Origin: a virus
Taxonomy: Duplodnaviria > Caudoviricetes
Virus record (IMG/VR): IMGVR_UViG_3300043435_000349
Location: 1-52,144 of that record
Length of the DNA stretch: 52,144 bases
Reading direction: 5' to 3' (one strand)
The notes beneath the pieces were generated by a model, which worked only from the letters and a program-made list of their open reading frames with translations, searched no databases and had not been told where the DNA came from. Shown piece after piece: positions 50,536 to 52,144 of the stretch (position 1 is its first letter; every line of letters starts with the position of its first letter). A program made the position numbers and the translations under genes.

Positions 50536-50891
50536 TGAGTAGTTACAGTGGACTCACGTTAGTCACCAACCCATCTTCAATGCTAATTAGCTTAGGTGGT
50601 GTTGAACTGAATGACAGCCGCAGGTATATAGATCTTGTTGGTATTGAGCGGGCGAGGGTTCAATTTAAGGCATCTGCTGGCATGACCCTCAGGGTTGACT
50701 ACAGCAACAATGACGGATCTAGTTGGAACACGCTAATCCCCGAAACATCTTATTTTGGTGGCAACCCATTCATTTGTGATTGGTTGGTAATTCCAGAAGA
50801 AGCAAAGCAGAACAATCTATTGATTCGTGCTGTCGGCATTGGTGTCGGACTATTAACCACTATCTCGTATGTTGAGATGAGTTTTGAGTAG
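50532..50891 (+). CDS. Hypothetical (probably structural) protein
   Basis: 119-aa ORF with a YSxxDGxSW Asp-box-like motif. Confidence 0.55.
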   Translation: MMSSYSGLTLVTNPSSMLISLGGVELNDSRRYIDLVGIERARVQFKASAGMTLRVDYSNNDGSSWNTLIPETSYFGGNPFICDWLVIPEEAKQNNLLIRAVGIGVGLLTTISYVEMSFE

Positions 50892-50900
50892 AGATCAAAG

Positions 50901-51413
50901 ATGAACCCAATACCAACTCAGATGCCAATCTCTGTAACTGTACAGCGAAGCACAAGCAACATGCCAACTGTAGACATACAACATGTGTGCTGCTTTCTAT
51001 TTACTGGAAATGGCAGTGACGTGGTTTGCAACAGCCTATCTGATGTGGTCAACGCAGGATTTACATCTGGCAGGGTATATGATTTCTGCCAGATGTTTTT
51101 TACAGACAACCGGAACAACACTCTAATTTTAAGACCATGCAGCGATGACTTTTCTGCCTGTGTTGATCGGGATGACTCATTTGGTTTTATCTGTGTAGAC
51201 AGTAACCAACTTTCAGAAGTAAAGGCTCTGGCAGAAAAGGTAGAGGGTATGCCAAAACTTTTAGTCCTGAATCTTGTTGACTCACCACAAGAAATAAAAA
51301 CACAGATCGGTCAACTAGAAAACACTGTGGTCAGCACGATCTTCATTCAGTTGTTGTCTTCTGGACTAGAACAACTTCTTGCAACAGAAATACCAGAGGC
51401 ATTTGAGATATGA
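50901..51413 (+). CDS. Protein resembling a tail-sheath (DUF3383-like) N-terminus
   Basis: ISVTVQRST...SLSDVV..GF....VY.F..MFF recalls sheath N-termini, but the ORF is only 170 aa. Confidence 0.4.
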   Translation: MNPIPTQMPISVTVQRSTSNMPTVDIQHVCCFLFTGNGSDVVCNSLSDVVNAGFTSGRVYDFCQMFFTDNRNNTLILRPCSDDFSACVDRDDSFGFICVDSNQLSEVKALAEKVEGMPKLLVLNLVDSPQEIKTQIGQLENTVVSTIFIQLLSSGLEQLLATEIPEAFEI

Positions 51414-52144
51414 CAATCCAGTACATAACACCAAAAGACCTGCAAGATAGTGGCAGGGTCGCCACCACAATTCAGGGTGATGAGATCATCCCTATTTACC
51501 AAGATGGCAGTGTTGTTGCTGCAACAGTAAACAATCTCACCCAAAACCTCGAAGACACAATCAACGGTTTGGTCAATGGTGTAGCAGCGGCCTATCTTAC
51601 CTATGCGGAGCTGGATGCGGCAAAAACATCCCTGCCAACCAACAGTTTTGCCCATGTAACCAATGACCCAGATCCAGATAAGAACTGGCTCTACCAATGG
51701 AATGGCGTAGTTCTGACAAAGTCAACACGAGATGATGTTGCTCTGGCAAAGTCGTATGTTGATGCGAATAGGCTGTTTAAACCTTTTGTTTTGACAGCAG
51801 CAACCAACTTCAATACTCAGATCTCTGAAGGTCGCACAGTATTCCCAACAGATGCAATCGCAAACGGCTCAACAAACAAACCAAGCTCAAGTGCTGGTGT
51901 GTTGGATGTCACACTGATAGACACTGGGGTTTTCCAAGAGTACCGAGTTTTCCAGTTTGACCTAGCCTACGAACGTCAAAGACTAACTAATGGCACATGG
52001 ACAGCTTGGGTACAGTCTGCATCAAAAGATATGGTTGACACATCAGCCCTGAACACATTGCAATCCGCAAGGAATTATGCTGATGCAAACCCTCTGTTTA
52101 AGCCAATAATTGTTGCAGCAGGGCAATTCCCAACCATTGATTCT
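51410..52144 (+). CDS. Tail fibre/spike protein (3'-truncated by window edge)
   Basis: ATG at 51410 (MTIQYITPKDL..). Contains YLTYAELDA..VTND..NWLYQWNG..LTKS and a repeated DANxLFKP motif. Confidence 0.7.
   Translation, partial: MTIQYITPKDLQDSGRVATTIQGDEIIPIYQDGSVVAATVNNLTQNLEDTINGLVNGVAAAYLTYAELDAAKTSLPTNSFAHVTNDPDPDKNWLYQWNGVVLTKSTRDDVALAKSYVDANRLFKPFVLTAATNFNTQISEGRTVFPTDAIANGSTNKPSSSAGVLDVTLIDTGVFQEYRVFQFDLAYERQRLTNGTWTAWVQSASKDMVDTSALNTLQSARNYADANPLFKPIIVAAGQFPTIDS

Noticed and set aside
40557-51697. Numerous antisense ORFs of 60-180 aa over the structural genes
   Set aside because: Shadow ORFs of strongly biased coding sequence, with no RBS or motifs.
1-52144. Stop-codon reassignment
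   Set aside because: Core genes are full length in the standard code, and TAA, TAG and TGA all serve as stops with normal gene coupling.
1-52144. Temperate or prophage interpretation
   Set aside because: No integrase, repressor switch, att site or host flank is visible in the window; the rest of the genome is unseen.

Overview
A 52-kb piece of a lytic tailed-phage genome, inferred to be a myovirus with a Felix O1/Ounavirinae-like head and neck module. The host is probably a gammaproteobacterium; Moraxellaceae is suggested by the partial fibre gene, but this is weak. Layout: (1) 1-10.9 kb, + strand: metallophosphoesterase, MazG-like NTP pyrophosphatase, ThyX, NrdB/NrdA, an Acb2 anti-CBASS homologue and small ORFs. 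(2) 10.9-16.5 kb, - strand: ferritin-like metal-dependent hydrolase, HTH protein, HNH-like nuclease and an SF2-helicase-like protein next to an origin-like intergenic region. (3) About 18.7-24.3 kb: a sparsely coding, promoter-dense region, probably early or terminal. It holds six sigma-54 -24/-12 boxes in 140 bp plus two more, three parS-like palindromes and about nine AlgR/LytTR-like boxes, several 8-9 nt from -35 hexamers. (4) 24.3-37.6 kb, - strand: a C5 methyltransferase with a fully nested second-frame ORF, HD hydrolase, ClpP-like protease, PhoH and a second helicase-like gene whose upstream region shares a 26-bp element with the first. (5) 37.8-52.1 kb, + strand: a structured ncRNA candidate, tRNA-CAT, SleB-like hydrolase, terminase, portal, protease, scaffold, capsid, neck and fibre genes. 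The best candidate for an undescribed system is the cluster of host-protein binding sites in region 3. All family assignments come from motifs read by eye; no database searches were run.
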